A DNA stretch of 64,000 nt. Source: Brevundimonas sp. (GTDB taxonomy: Bacteria; Pseudomonadota; Alphaproteobacteria; Caulobacterales; Caulobacteraceae). The notes under the pieces are model-generated. The model worked only from the letters and a program-made list of their open reading frames with translations, made no database searches and was not told where the DNA came from. Shown one piece after another: positions 21,273 through 30,298 of the stretch (positions are counted from its first letter, which is position 1; each line of letters begins with the position of its first letter). Location: positions 4,574 through 68,573 of the forward strand of contig NZ_DASPMQ010000001.1 in NCBI RefSeq assembly GCF_035626975.1, in the 5' to 3' direction. A program made the position numbers and the translations under genes.

Positions 21273-23114
21273 TTACTGCAGGGGCAGGCTGAAGGTCACG
21301 GCCCCGACGTGGCTGTCCGCGGCGTCGCCGAAGCGGCCGCGATAGCCGATCGACACCGTGCCCGGGCCGACGGCCGCCTCAAGCCCGGCCGAGGCGATCA
21401 TCGAGCCGCCGAACGGATCCTCGATGTCCCGCTCGAGGACGTGGGCCGGATTGCCGGCGATGCCGACCCGCACCGCGTCGCTGCTGTCGCCGAACGTGTC
21501 GCGATAGCCGCCTTCGATCCAGAAATTCAGGCCTTCGCCGCCGCCTTCGGCCCGCAGCGAGATCTCGCCGCTTGCCGCCTGCACGCTGCGGTCCTCGTAC
21601 TGGTACTGCGCGGCCGCCCCCTGCTCGACGTAGCCGTTGACGTCGGTGGAGACGAAGCTGACCGCGGCGCGGGGGGACAGGGCGATGCCGCCCATGTCGA
21701 ACCACATCCCGCCCTGCAGGCGGGCGCCGAGGCTGCCGCCGTCCGTCGTGCCGGTGTGGACGATGGGAGTCAGGGATGTGATGCGGGTGATCTCGTCATA
21801 CTGGTCGATCGAGCCGCCGACCGTGGCGTTGACGAAGGTATTGCCAGAACGCCAGCCGGCGAAGATGTCGAAGGCGTAGGTCTCGACGTCGAAGGCCATC
21901 GGCCCGGCCTCGACCTCGGCGGTGCGGAAGGTCCCGGCCATGCCGAAGCGGGTCGTGTCGGACACCACGTGGTCCAGCCCGACCCGACCGCCCCAACCGG
22001 TGGCCTCGGCCTCGGCCACGACGCCGCGGGCGTCCGTCTCGACGCTGTCGGCGATGGCGCCGAAGGTCAGACGGGTGCCGGGTTCCCACGATCCCCGCGC
22101 CGACAGGCCCTCGCCGGCGAGATCCAGCAGGTCTTCGCGCTGGCGGAAGCCGGTCTCGGCCTGGACGGTCGACTGGGCGCCGAGGTCGCCGTAGTACAGA
22201 TAGTCGTTGGCCAGCGCCGCGATCAGACGGTGCCCGGCGGCGGTCGGGTGCACGCTGTCCCAGTACAGGTAGCTGTCGGGATTGGCGCACACCGTCATGG
22301 CGATGGGGTTGAAGCAGGCGGTGGTGACGTTGGTCAGGCCGAAGGCGCCGGGATCGGCCGCCAGCGGACCGCTGATCTTGTACAGGTCCATCATGATGAT
22401 GTTGGAGTTCGGGTTCGCGGCGGCGACCCCGAACAGGCCGGTCAACAGCGCCGAGTTGAACGTCGTGGTCGTGAAGTCCGCCAGCGCCGAACCGGCGGGT
22501 CCCACGAGGGGGTTGCTCGCCGAAAACTGCGGTGTGAGCCCCAGCCGCGGCAGGTTGGTGACGAGGACCGTCCCGGCGCCGGCGCCGGCGACGGAGTTGA
22601 CGATGAAGTTGATGTCGTTGGCCGCCCCGGTCGCCACCGCCTGCATGGTCGCCTGGGCGGTCAGCGGGTTGGCCGCCGCGCCCGGGAAGGCCTGGAAGAT
22701 GTTGTTGGCGCCGCCGAGGACGCTGACCAGGTCATTGGCGCCGAAGGTGCCGCCGGCGCCGATGTAGGCCAGCAACTGGTTGCGCATGCCGGGGGGGAAG
22801 GCCGCGTTGTCCGTGCGGGCCCCGCCGAAGGCGTAGTTGACGCTGCCGGTCACCGGCGCGCCGGCGGTGTAGCGGCCTGCGTTGAAGCCCAGCAGTTCGG
22901 TGAAGACCGGCCCGTTCGAGAATCGGCCCTGATAGTAGGGCGGCGAGGCCGGCTGGGTGTTGCCGGAGGCGGCATACAGGTTGCCGTTGTCGCTCAGGCT
23001 GTCGCCGAATACGACCAGGCGGCTGTAGGTCTGGGCGCTGGCGGTGGACGCGAACGCGCCGACAGCGGCGACGGCCAGCGCGGCGGCGGCCGCGTTGCGC
23101 AGGAAACGAGACAT
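21273..23114 (-). CDS. GDSL/SGNH esterase autotransporter (EstA/ApeE-like)
   Basis: Signal peptide, VFGDSLSDNGN, GRFSNG, GGANN, WDSVHP, C-terminal beta-barrel ending VTFSLPLQ. Confidence 0.88.
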   Translation of the reverse strand: MSRFLRNAAAAALAVAAVGAFASTASAQTYSRLVVFGDSLSDNGNLYAASGNTQPASPPYYQGRFSNGPVFTELLGFNAGRYTAGAPVTGSVNYAFGGARTDNAAFPPGMRNQLLAYIGAGGTFGANDLVSVLGGANNIFQAFPGAAANPLTAQATMQAVATGAANDINFIVNSVAGAGAGTVLVTNLPRLGLTPQFSASNPLVGPAGSALADFTTTTFNSALLTGLFGVAAANPNSNIIMMDLYKISGPLAADPGAFGLTNVTTACFNPIAMTVCANPDSYLYWDSVHPTAAGHRLIAALANDYLYYGDLGAQSTVQAETGFRQREDLLDLAGEGLSARGSWEPGTRLTFGAIADSVETDARGVVAEAEATGWGGRVGLDHVVSDTTRFGMAGTFRTAEVEAGPMAFDVETYAFDIFAGWRSGNTFVNATVGGSIDQYDEITRITSLTPIVHTGTTDGGSLGARLQGGMWFDMGGIALSPRAAVSFVSTDVNGYVEQGAAAQYQYEDRSVQAASGEISLRAEGGGEGLNFWIEGGYRDTFGDSSDAVRVGIAGNPAHVLERDIEDPFGGSMIASAGLEAAVGPGTVSIGYRGRFGDAADSHVGAVTFSLPLQ

Positions 23115-23203
23115 CGATGATCCTCCCTCGGCCGTCATCATGCGACCGTTGCGAGCACTCTGCGCGGGTTTTCGCGGCGCGCAAGATACCGTCGGGGAAG
23201 CTT

Positions 23204-25093
23204 TCAGTGCAGCATCCGGAAGCGCAGCGTCCCGGCCACACTTCTGAGCGCCGTCAGCGAGGCGGGATCGTAGTCGCGGTCGACGTCAGTGATGACGTAG
23301 CCGGTGCGCTCGTCGGTCTTCAGGTGCTGGCCAAGGATATTGAGCCCGGCCGCCGCCAGGGCCCGGTTCAACTCCGCCAGAACGCCCGGCTGGTTGCGGT
23401 GGATGTGCAGGATGCGGTGCGCCCCCGACACCTCGGCCAGTTGCACGTTCGGCAAGTTGACGCAGAAGGTGGTGTCGCCGCGATTCAGATAGCCCAGCAG
23501 CCGCTCGGCCGCGAACTCGGCGATGGCTTCCTGGGCCTCCTCGGTCGAGCCGCCGATGTGCGGCGTCAGGATGACGTTGGGCAGGCCGCGCAAGGGGCTG
23601 TCGAACGGATCGGCGTTGGTCGCCGGCTCTTCCGGGAACACGTCCACCGCCGCGCCGCCGATGCGGCCCGACCCCAGCGCCTGCGCCAGCGCGCCGACAT
23701 CGACCACATGACCGCGCGACAGGTTGAGCAGCAGGGCGCCCGGCTTCATCCGCGACAGCTGGGCCGCGCCGATCAGGGTGGTGTTGTCGCTGCGCCCGTC
23801 GACATGCAGGCTGACCACGTCGCTCTCGGCCAGCAGGGCGTCCAGCGACGGCATGCGCCGGGCGTTGCCCAGGGCCAGCCGCTCGGTCAGGTCATGGAAG
23901 ATCACCCGCATGCCCAGCGCCTCGGCCAGCACCGACAGCTGCGAGCCGATGGCCCCGTAGCCGACGATGCCCAGCGTCTTGCCGCGCAGCTCGCGCGAGC
24001 CGGTCGCCGACTTGTTCCACTCGCCCCGGTGCATGGCCGCCGACTTGTCGGCCACGTCGCGCAGCAGGGCGATGGTCAGGCCCACCGCCAGCTCCACCAC
24101 GGAGCGGGTGTTGGAGTAGGGGGCGTTGAACACCGCCACGCCGCGCCCGGCGGCGGCGTCCAGGTCGATCTGGTTGGTCCCGATGCAGAAGGCCGCGACC
24201 GCCATCAGCTTGTCGGCGGCGTCCAGCACGGCGGCGCTGACCTGGGTCTTGGAGCGGACGCCCAGCACGTGCACGCCCTTGATGCGCGCGATCAGGGCGT
24301 CCTCGCCCAGCGCCCCCTTGACCGTCTCGACCTGGTAGCCCGCATCCTCCAGCCGTTTGACGGCGGCGGGATGGATGTTCTCAAGCAGCAGCATCCTCAT
24401 CCGGCTGCGCGGATACGACCAGCGGCCGGTCAGGCCCTCGAGATGCAGCAGTTCGTCCAGTGACCGGACCTCGGCGTCGGCGGCGGCGACCACCGGCGGG
24501 CGGCGCACGATCTCGGTGAAGGCGTAGAAGCGGTCGGCGGCCCCGGCCTGCTTGACCTCGGCGTCGGTCCAGCCGTCGCCGACCATGACCACCGGACGCG
24601 CCAGCTTCAGCGCCTTCAGCGCCTCGGCCTTGCCGCCCGCGCGGGACAGGGGATTGGCGTCGTCGACCCCGCTGACCCGGCCGTCGGCGTCATAGACCAG
24701 GTCGTTGCAGAGGATCCGCTCCGGCGCGACGCCCAGCCGCTCGGCGATCGGGGCGATGATTTCGCGGAAGCCGCCTGAGACGATGACGATCCGCCCGGGC
24801 CTGTCGCGGAAGAAGGCGAGGTTCTTGCGCACCGAAGGCGTGCCCTCGTCGAGAATGCGGCCGGCCAGTTCGGCGACGTGCTCGCGGGTGAGCGGCAGCA
24901 GGGCGAGGCGGCGGCGCAGCGCCTCCCCGAAGTCGACCTCGCCGGCCATGGCCTGGTCGGTCAGCCGCGCGATCTCGCCCCGGACGGCCTCCGCGTCCGG
25001 CGAACCCGCCAGGGCGATGTCGGCGAGCGCCTCCAGCGTCTCGATACGGACGAGCGTGGAGTCGAAGTCGAAAACGAAGGTCGCGTCAGCCAT
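23204..25093 (-). CDS. serA: D-3-phosphoglycerate dehydrogenase with N-terminal HAD (phosphoserine phosphatase-like) domain
   Basis: N-terminal FDFDST HAD motif I, SGGF and GDGWTD; then LLLENIH, FCIGTNQ, GIVGYGAIG, TPHIGGSTEEAQ and an ACT domain (HRNQPG). Confidence 0.92.
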   Translation of the reverse strand: MADATFVFDFDSTLVRIETLEALADIALAGSPDAEAVRGEIARLTDQAMAGEVDFGEALRRRLALLPLTREHVAELAGRILDEGTPSVRKNLAFFRDRPGRIVIVSGGFREIIAPIAERLGVAPERILCNDLVYDADGRVSGVDDANPLSRAGGKAEALKALKLARPVVMVGDGWTDAEVKQAGAADRFYAFTEIVRRPPVVAAADAEVRSLDELLHLEGLTGRWSYPRSRMRMLLLENIHPAAVKRLEDAGYQVETVKGALGEDALIARIKGVHVLGVRSKTQVSAAVLDAADKLMAVAAFCIGTNQIDLDAAAGRGVAVFNAPYSNTRSVVELAVGLTIALLRDVADKSAAMHRGEWNKSATGSRELRGKTLGIVGYGAIGSQLSVLAEALGMRVIFHDLTERLALGNARRMPSLDALLAESDVVSLHVDGRSDNTTLIGAAQLSRMKPGALLLNLSRGHVVDVGALAQALGSGRIGGAAVDVFPEEPATNADPFDSPLRGLPNVILTPHIGGSTEEAQEAIAEFAAERLLGYLNRGDTTFCVNLPNVQLAEVSGAHRILHIHRNQPGVLAELNRALAAAGLNILGQHLKTDERTGYVITDVDRDYDPASLTALRSVAGTLRFRMLH

Positions 25094-25150
25094 GCGCAGA
25101 CCTTGGCCGACCTTCGCACTTGCAGCAATGCCCGAAAGCGACCTGGCCGG

Positions 25151-26557
25151 TCAGAATTTTCCGAGGCTGCGCAGCTTGCTGTCGGGCCGCCGTGCGTCCA
25201 GCGCCGCCGCGCCGATCGCCGCCGCTATGGTGGCCAACGCCAGGATGGCGCCGCCTTCCTTCGCATGGTCGCGCGCATAGCCACCGGCCTCGGCGGCGTA
25301 GTGGCGCGCACGCTTGCCGTGCTTCTTCAAGGCCTTGCGCGAGGAGCGGCGGGTGTCGTCGAAGAAGCGCCGCGAGCGGTGGCCGGCGTCGTCGCCGAAC
25401 TCCGCGGCGCGTTCGCCGGCGCCGGCCAGGCCTTGCCGCACCGTTTCGGTCAGATCGTCGAACCGGGTGCGCAGCCCGCCTGTATCGATCCAGCCGCGCG
25501 GATCGAACCGCCCGCGCAGGTTTTCAAGCCGCGTCGGGCCGGTGCGCTGGTTCAGCAGCAGGGTCGCCAGGCCGACGCCGGCGAGGATGGCGACGACGCC
25601 GGCGGTGATGCCCGGATGCTTCCTGACTTCGGCAAGAGCGGAGAATTGTCGAACCATCGGATAGTAGACCTCTTCGTCGAGACCGTCCTCGGTCGGGTCG
25701 TAGAGCCCGTCCTCGTCCGGTTGCCACGCGGAACGCCTGTCCCGCATCAGGGAAGGAGCGAACCGCGCGAAAAGAGGTTCCGCCACGCCGGGCAGGGCCG
25801 AATAGAAACTGGCGATCAGCCGGCTGCCGCCGCCGACGGTGATTTCGCGGATCGGATGCTCGGCGCAGTACAGGATGGTGTCGGCCACCACATGGGTTGC
25901 ATAGACCGGTTGCGGGTTCTGCATCGCCTGCCCGGTCAGGTTCCGCGCGTGTTTGTTATAGGGGGTGTCGATCGCCCCCGGCTTGACCAGGCTGACCGCG
26001 ATCGGGGCCTGCTCGCGCATCAGCTCCATGCGCAGGGCGTTGGTGAAGCCCTTCACCGCGTGTTTGGAGGCCGAATAGACGCCCTGCACCGGGATCGGCG
26101 CGTCGGACAGGATCGAGCCGACATTGATGATCGCCCCGCCGCCGGGCCGTTCGCGCAGGTGTTCCGAGGCCACCAGCGAGCCGTTGACCACGCCCCAGTA
26201 GTTGGTCTCGAACAGCCGCCGCTGGTCCTCCAGCGCCGTCTCCCGGATCGCCCCGAAGATCGAAACGCCGGCGTTGTTGATCCATGTGTCGAAGCCGCCG
26301 AACAGCCGCCGGCACTTGTCCGCCGCCTCGGCCAGGGCGTCGTAATCGGCCACGTCGGCGACGGCCCAGGCCGCCCGCGCGCCGGTGGCCTGAAGCTCCT
26401 CGGTGAGGGCCTTCAGATCGCCTTCCCCCCGGGCGATCAGGAATACGCAGGCCCCGGCCCGCGCCGCCCGCCGCGCCACCGCCAGACCGATCCCCGACGT
26501 CGCGCCGGTGATCACGATGGCCTGCTGCTTCAGGGGCTTGAGCGTCGCTTTGGTCAT
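25151..26557 (-). CDS. SDR family oxidoreductase with long C-terminal extension
   Basis: TGATSGIG, NNAG, YSASK catalytic motif; about 140-aa tail with two hydrophobic segments. Confidence 0.88.
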   Translation of the reverse strand: MTKATLKPLKQQAIVITGATSGIGLAVARRAARAGACVFLIARGEGDLKALTEELQATGARAAWAVADVADYDALAEAADKCRRLFGGFDTWINNAGVSIFGAIRETALEDQRRLFETNYWGVVNGSLVASEHLRERPGGGAIINVGSILSDAPIPVQGVYSASKHAVKGFTNALRMELMREQAPIAVSLVKPGAIDTPYNKHARNLTGQAMQNPQPVYATHVVADTILYCAEHPIREITVGGGSRLIASFYSALPGVAEPLFARFAPSLMRDRRSAWQPDEDGLYDPTEDGLDEEVYYPMVRQFSALAEVRKHPGITAGVVAILAGVGLATLLLNQRTGPTRLENLRGRFDPRGWIDTGGLRTRFDDLTETVRQGLAGAGERAAEFGDDAGHRSRRFFDDTRRSSRKALKKHGKRARHYAAEAGGYARDHAKEGGAILALATIAAAIGAAALDARRPDSKLRSLGKF

Positions 26558-26596
26558 GAAATCGCCGGCTGGATGGGTTCGACAGGGGCCTTCTGG

Positions 26597-26622
26597 AACG
26601 GGGCCGCGGCCCCGCCGGTTCC
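26597..26622 (-). promoter_or_regulatory. EcfG/SigT-type promoter
   Basis: The minus strand reads GGAAC-N17-CGTT, 40 nt upstream of the SDR start. Confidence 0.7.
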
Positions 26623-26707
26623 TGCTCTAGCATGACGCCCTTACCAATCGCGATACGGGCGCCTATCTTGCGGCGCTTCCGCACAATCGCCCCCTTTGAG
26701 GACCGCC

Positions 26708-27643
26708 GTGACCGATCACGCGCCCGCCGCCGCCGCGCCCCCCGCCGCGCCCCTGGCCGACAACATCGCCGCCGCCTTCCAGATCGAGGGTTGGCCGGTG
26801 CGCGGCCGTCTGGTCCGGCTGGGCGACGCCATCGATGCCATCCTGTCGGCCCACGCCTATCCCGAGCCGGTCGCCGCCCTGCTGGGCGAGGCCTGCGCCC
26901 TGGCCGCCCTGATCGGCTCCGCCCTGAAGTTCGAGGGCCGGCTGATCGTCCAGGCCCAGGGCGACGGCCCGGTCCGCTACGTCGTCGCCGACTACGACAC
27001 CCAAGGCCATCTGCGCGGCTACTGCCGTTTCGACGAGGCCGAGGTCGCCGCCGCCTCGCAGGGCTTCGCCCGCCCCGGCGCGAAGACGCTGCTGGGCGAG
27101 GGGGTGTTCGTGATGACGCTCGACCGCGGCCCCGATTTCGAGCGCACCCAGGGCATCACCCCGATCGAGGGCGAGAGCCTGTCGCTGGCCGCCGAACATT
27201 ATTTCCAGCAGTCCGAGCAAATCCCGACCAAGGTGCGGCTGGCCGTGGGGGCCATCACCACGGACGCGGGCACGGCGTGGCGCGCCGGCGGGGCCATGAT
27301 CCAGGTCATCGCCGCCGACGACGCCCGTGGCGAGACGCTCGAGACCTGGGACCGCAGCCGGGCCCTGTTCCAGACCCTCGGCGACGACGAGTTGATCGAT
27401 CCGACCATTTCGCCGGAGACCCTGCTGTTCCGCCTGTTCCACGAGGACGGCGTGCGGCTGGAGGACCCGCGCGCCCTTAGCGCCGTCTGCCGCTGTTCGA
27501 AGGACCGCATCGGCGCTGTGCTGGCCTCGTTCGGGCCGGAGGAACGCGCCGACATGGTTGAGGCCGACGGCAAGATCCGGGTCACCTGCGAATACTGCGC
27601 CACGGTCTACGAACTGGAGCCGGAGGACATCGTCGCGGGGTGA
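26708..27643 (+). CDS. hslO: Hsp33 redox-regulated chaperone
   Basis: VRGRLVRLG, YFQQSEQIPT, CRCS...CEYC zinc motif; GTG start at 26708. Confidence 0.93.
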   Translation: MTDHAPAAAAPPAAPLADNIAAAFQIEGWPVRGRLVRLGDAIDAILSAHAYPEPVAALLGEACALAALIGSALKFEGRLIVQAQGDGPVRYVVADYDTQGHLRGYCRFDEAEVAAASQGFARPGAKTLLGEGVFVMTLDRGPDFERTQGITPIEGESLSLAAEHYFQQSEQIPTKVRLAVGAITTDAGTAWRAGGAMIQVIAADDARGETLETWDRSRALFQTLGDDELIDPTISPETLLFRLFHEDGVRLEDPRALSAVCRCSKDRIGAVLASFGPEERADMVEADGKIRVTCEYCATVYELEPEDIVAG

Positions 27644-27648
27644 AGGCG

Positions 27649-27674
27649 ATGTCCGTTAGGGGTGGATGGCGGAC
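27649..27674 (-). repeat. CACCC-core hairpin unit
   Basis: Minus strand GTCCGC-CATC-CACCC-CTA-ACGGAC(AT), 1 nt after the stop of ORF 27676. Confidence 0.75.
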
Positions 27675-27675
27675 C

Positions 27676-28131
27676 TCACTTCCGGGTGAAGCGCCGGATG
27701 TCGAACCCGAGCAGAACGCCCTCACCCAACCGGGCAACGCAATTGGGCGACAGCGCCACAAGATCCGATGCTGGACGATCGTCCAGCACGATCCTGACCC
27801 GAGACTTTGACTCCGCGGCGAGGACAGTGACGGGGCCGTCGAAACAACGCTGGGCGACGGCGCCTGCATCCAACACAAGGCTTCCGGGTGTCGCATCTGT
27901 CGGAAACGGCTCAAACAGGCGCTCACCCGCCCAATGCGTGCTGTGGATCATAAGCTCGAGCCGACAAACCATCCTCCCTTCCGCAAACGGGAGCAGCAAA
28001 GAGCTGTCGATGTTGAGTTCATCCTCGACAGTCGGCCAACCTGAGTCGACGATCAGGAACGGCCGCCGCCGCGCATGCGCCAGCGATCCTCTGGGGGAAA
28101 AGGGGCCGCGTGTCGCGCGGATGTGGGCCAT
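27676..28131 (-). CDS. Hypothetical protein (putative cassette cargo; start uncertain)
   Basis: Open frame with atypical, AT-richer codons, bracketed by hairpin units at 27649 and 28158; alternative starts at 27972 and 27951. Confidence 0.45.
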   Translation of the reverse strand: MAHIRATRGPFSPRGSLAHARRRPFLIVDSGWPTVEDELNIDSSLLLPFAEGRMVCRLELMIHSTHWAGERLFEPFPTDATPGSLVLDAGAVAQRCFDGPVTVLAAESKSRVRIVLDDRPASDLVALSPNCVARLGEGVLLGFDIRRFTRK

Positions 28132-28157
28132 GCTGCAGCTAAGCAGAAGCGAGGCAG

Positions 28158-28180
28158 GGCCGCCACGGGTCGATGCGGCG
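28158..28180 (-). repeat. GACCC-core hairpin unit (degenerate)
   Basis: Minus strand CGCCGC-ATC-GACCC-GTG-GCGGCC. Confidence 0.55.
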
Positions 28181-28224
28181 AATGTCTCCACCGCAAAGAG
28201 CCGCCTTATCCGCCATCCCTCTCC

Positions 28225-28362
28225 CCGTCACCCTCGGGCTTGACCCGGGGATCAGACCGTCCGGTGCTCCGTCGAGCACACCACGGTCGGGCACGCAGGG
28301 CCGTCACCGCCGCACAGCCCGTCTCTCGCCCCTGATCCTCGGATCAAGTCCGAGGATGACGG
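28225..28362. repeat. REP/MITE-like inverted-repeat element (GTCATCCTCGGGCTTGACCCGAGG family)
   Basis: Arms 28225-28255 and 28332-28362 are near-perfect reverse complements; same family as 37992-38123. Confidence 0.85.
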
Positions 28363-28411
28363 CGGTGGTGAGATTGGGGCCTGAAAAATGCTTGGAACAG
28401 ATACGGTGAAG

Positions 28412-28435
28412 GACTGCAGCGGGTCGGAAGCGGCT
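28412..28435 (-). repeat. GACCC-core hairpin unit
   Basis: Minus strand AGCCGC-TTCC-GACCC-GCT-GCAGTC, 5 nt after the stop of ORF 28441. Confidence 0.65.
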
Positions 28436-28440
28436 CGGCG

Positions 28441-28857
28441 TCAGTTCCGGACACTCGCCGTCGCCTCCAGCCCGGCTGTCACCGGCGGCGCCCTTCGCTG
28501 CATCCGGAACGTCCCTGACCAGTCGCCAGGAATGACCCAGTGTCCGTCGATGCTGTTCCCGTCGGCGGAAATCTCCCCGGTGTAGTGGATCGGGTCCTGC
28601 CTCGGGCTGTCAGGGTATTTGGTGAAGCGGAGCTCGGCGCCCGCGCGCCGGCCCTCGATGGAAGCCCTGACCTCAAGGTTTCGGACAGGTCCGGTCAGGT
28701 CCGGCTCGAGCGTGGTTCCGCTGACCAGGCCCTGGTCGTCGACGAGTTCGGCCGTGAATGGCGTCGGAGGATAGGTGTCATTGGCGTTCCAGGCCGTGTC
28801 CTCCGGGTAGAAATAGACCCCGGTCCAAGTGCCCGAGAGGTCCGCCTCTGCGCTCAC
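28441..28857 (-). CDS. Hypothetical beta-rich protein coupled to phoB
   Basis: LSGTWTGVYFY...IHYTGEISADGNSIDGHWVIPGDWSGTFRMQR; its GTG start overlaps the phoB TGA. Confidence 0.7.
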   Translation of the reverse strand: MSAEADLSGTWTGVYFYPEDTAWNANDTYPPTPFTAELVDDQGLVSGTTLEPDLTGPVRNLEVRASIEGRRAGAELRFTKYPDSPRQDPIHYTGEISADGNSIDGHWVIPGDWSGTFRMQRRAPPVTAGLEATASVRN

Positions 28858-29543
28858 CCCCCCAGATCCAGCGAATACCCCGCCGAGCGCACCGTGCGGA
28901 TCGGGTTGATCGTGCCCTCGACGCTGAGCGCCTTGCGCAACCGGCCGACGTGGACGTCGACCGTGCGCGCCTCGACATAGACGTCCGAGCCCCAGACCGC
29001 GTCCAGCAGCTGTTCGCGGCTGAACACCCGGCCGGGGTGCTGCATCAGGTGGTCGAGCAGGCGGAACTCGGTGGGGCCGAGGTGGATTTCGGACCCGGCG
29101 CGCCTCACCCGGTGGGCGACCCGGTCGATGACGATGTCGCCGTGGTTGATGCGGTCGTCGGCCAGGCCCGGACGGATGCGGCGCAGCACCGCGCGGATGC
29201 GGGCGATCAGCTCGGTCATCGAGAACGGCTTGGTCATGTAGTCGTCGGCGCCGGTGTCCAGTCCGCGCACCCGGTCAGTTTCTTCCCCCCGGGCGGTCAG
29301 CATGATGATCGGCAGGTTGCGGGTCTCGGCCTTGCCGCGGATGCGGCGGCACACCTCGATGCCCGACAGCTTGGGCAGCATCCAGTCCAGCAGCACCAGG
29401 TCGGGCAGCCGCTCGTCGATCTGCAGCATGCCCTCCTCGCCGTCGGGGGCGACGACGACGCGATAGCCTTCCTTTTCGAGATTGTACTGGAGGAGCGTCG
29501 CCAACGCGTCCTCGTCTTCCATCACCAGAACATAGGGCTGCAC
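28854..29543 (-). CDS. phoB: Phosphate regulon response regulator PhoB
   Basis: LDWMLP, GLDTGADDYMTKPF, HLGPTEFRLL, RTVDVHVGRLRKAL. Confidence 0.96.
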   Translation of the reverse strand: MQPYVLVMEDEDALATLLQYNLEKEGYRVVVAPDGEEGMLQIDERLPDLVLLDWMLPKLSGIEVCRRIRGKAETRNLPIIMLTARGEETDRVRGLDTGADDYMTKPFSMTELIARIRAVLRRIRPGLADDRINHGDIVIDRVAHRVRRAGSEIHLGPTEFRLLDHLMQHPGRVFSREQLLDAVWGSDVYVEARTVDVHVGRLRKALSVEGTINPIRTVRSAGYSLDLGG

Positions 29544-29573
29544 GTCGTACTCTCCCGGCTAGTCGGTCGTCAC

Positions 29574-30287
29574 TCAGGGGGCGGCGGGGCCGCCGTCGTC
29601 CGGCGCGGGAGCCCAGCGCGGGCGTTCGCCCGCGAACTCCAGTCCGGTGATCTCGTAGTAGATGGTCTCGGCGATGTTGGTGGCGTGATCGCCGATCCGC
29701 TCCAGGTTCTTGGCCATGAACAGCAGGTGGGTGCAGGCCGTGATCGTGCGGGCGTCGCCCATCATGTAGGTCAGCAGCTCGCGGAACAGGCTGTTGTAGT
29801 GCTCGTCGACCTCGTCGTCGGTGCTCCAGACGGCGATGGCGCGATCGACCTCGCCGGCGGCGTAGGCGTCCAGCACGTCGCGCAGACGCATGGAGACCAG
29901 CTTGCCCATCCGCTCGATCGACCGCGTCAGCGGCTGCATCGGCTCGCCCTCGGCGAGGATCAGGCCCCGCTTGGCGATGTTCTTGGCGAGGTCGCCGGTC
30001 CGCTCGAGGTCGACCGCCAGCTTCATCGAGGCGAGGGTCCGGCGCAGGTCCGAGGCGACCGGCTGACGCAGCGCGATGAGGCGAATGGCCTTCTTCTCGA
30101 TGTCGTGGTGCATCGCGTCCAGCCGGCCGTCCCGCTCGACCACGGCGCGGCCCAGGGCCACGTCGCGGCGGGCCACCGAGTCGATGGCGTCGGCGACCTG
30201 CGCCTCGGCCAGGCCGCCCATGCGCGCGACCTCGGCCGTGAGCTGGTTCAGCTCGTCGCCGTAGGCCTTGACGGTGTGCTCGGGCAT
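29574..30287 (-). CDS. phoU: Phosphate signalling protein PhoU
   Basis: EHTVKAYGDEL, RQPVASDLR, DLERTGD, KNLERIGDHATNIAE. Confidence 0.96.
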   Translation of the reverse strand: MPEHTVKAYGDELNQLTAEVARMGGLAEAQVADAIDSVARRDVALGRAVVERDGRLDAMHHDIEKKAIRLIALRQPVASDLRRTLASMKLAVDLERTGDLAKNIAKRGLILAEGEPMQPLTRSIERMGKLVSMRLRDVLDAYAAGEVDRAIAVWSTDDEVDEHYNSLFRELLTYMMGDARTITACTHLLFMAKNLERIGDHATNIAETIYYEITGLEFAGERPRWAPAPDDGGPAAP

Positions 30288-30298
30288 GACGGTCTATC

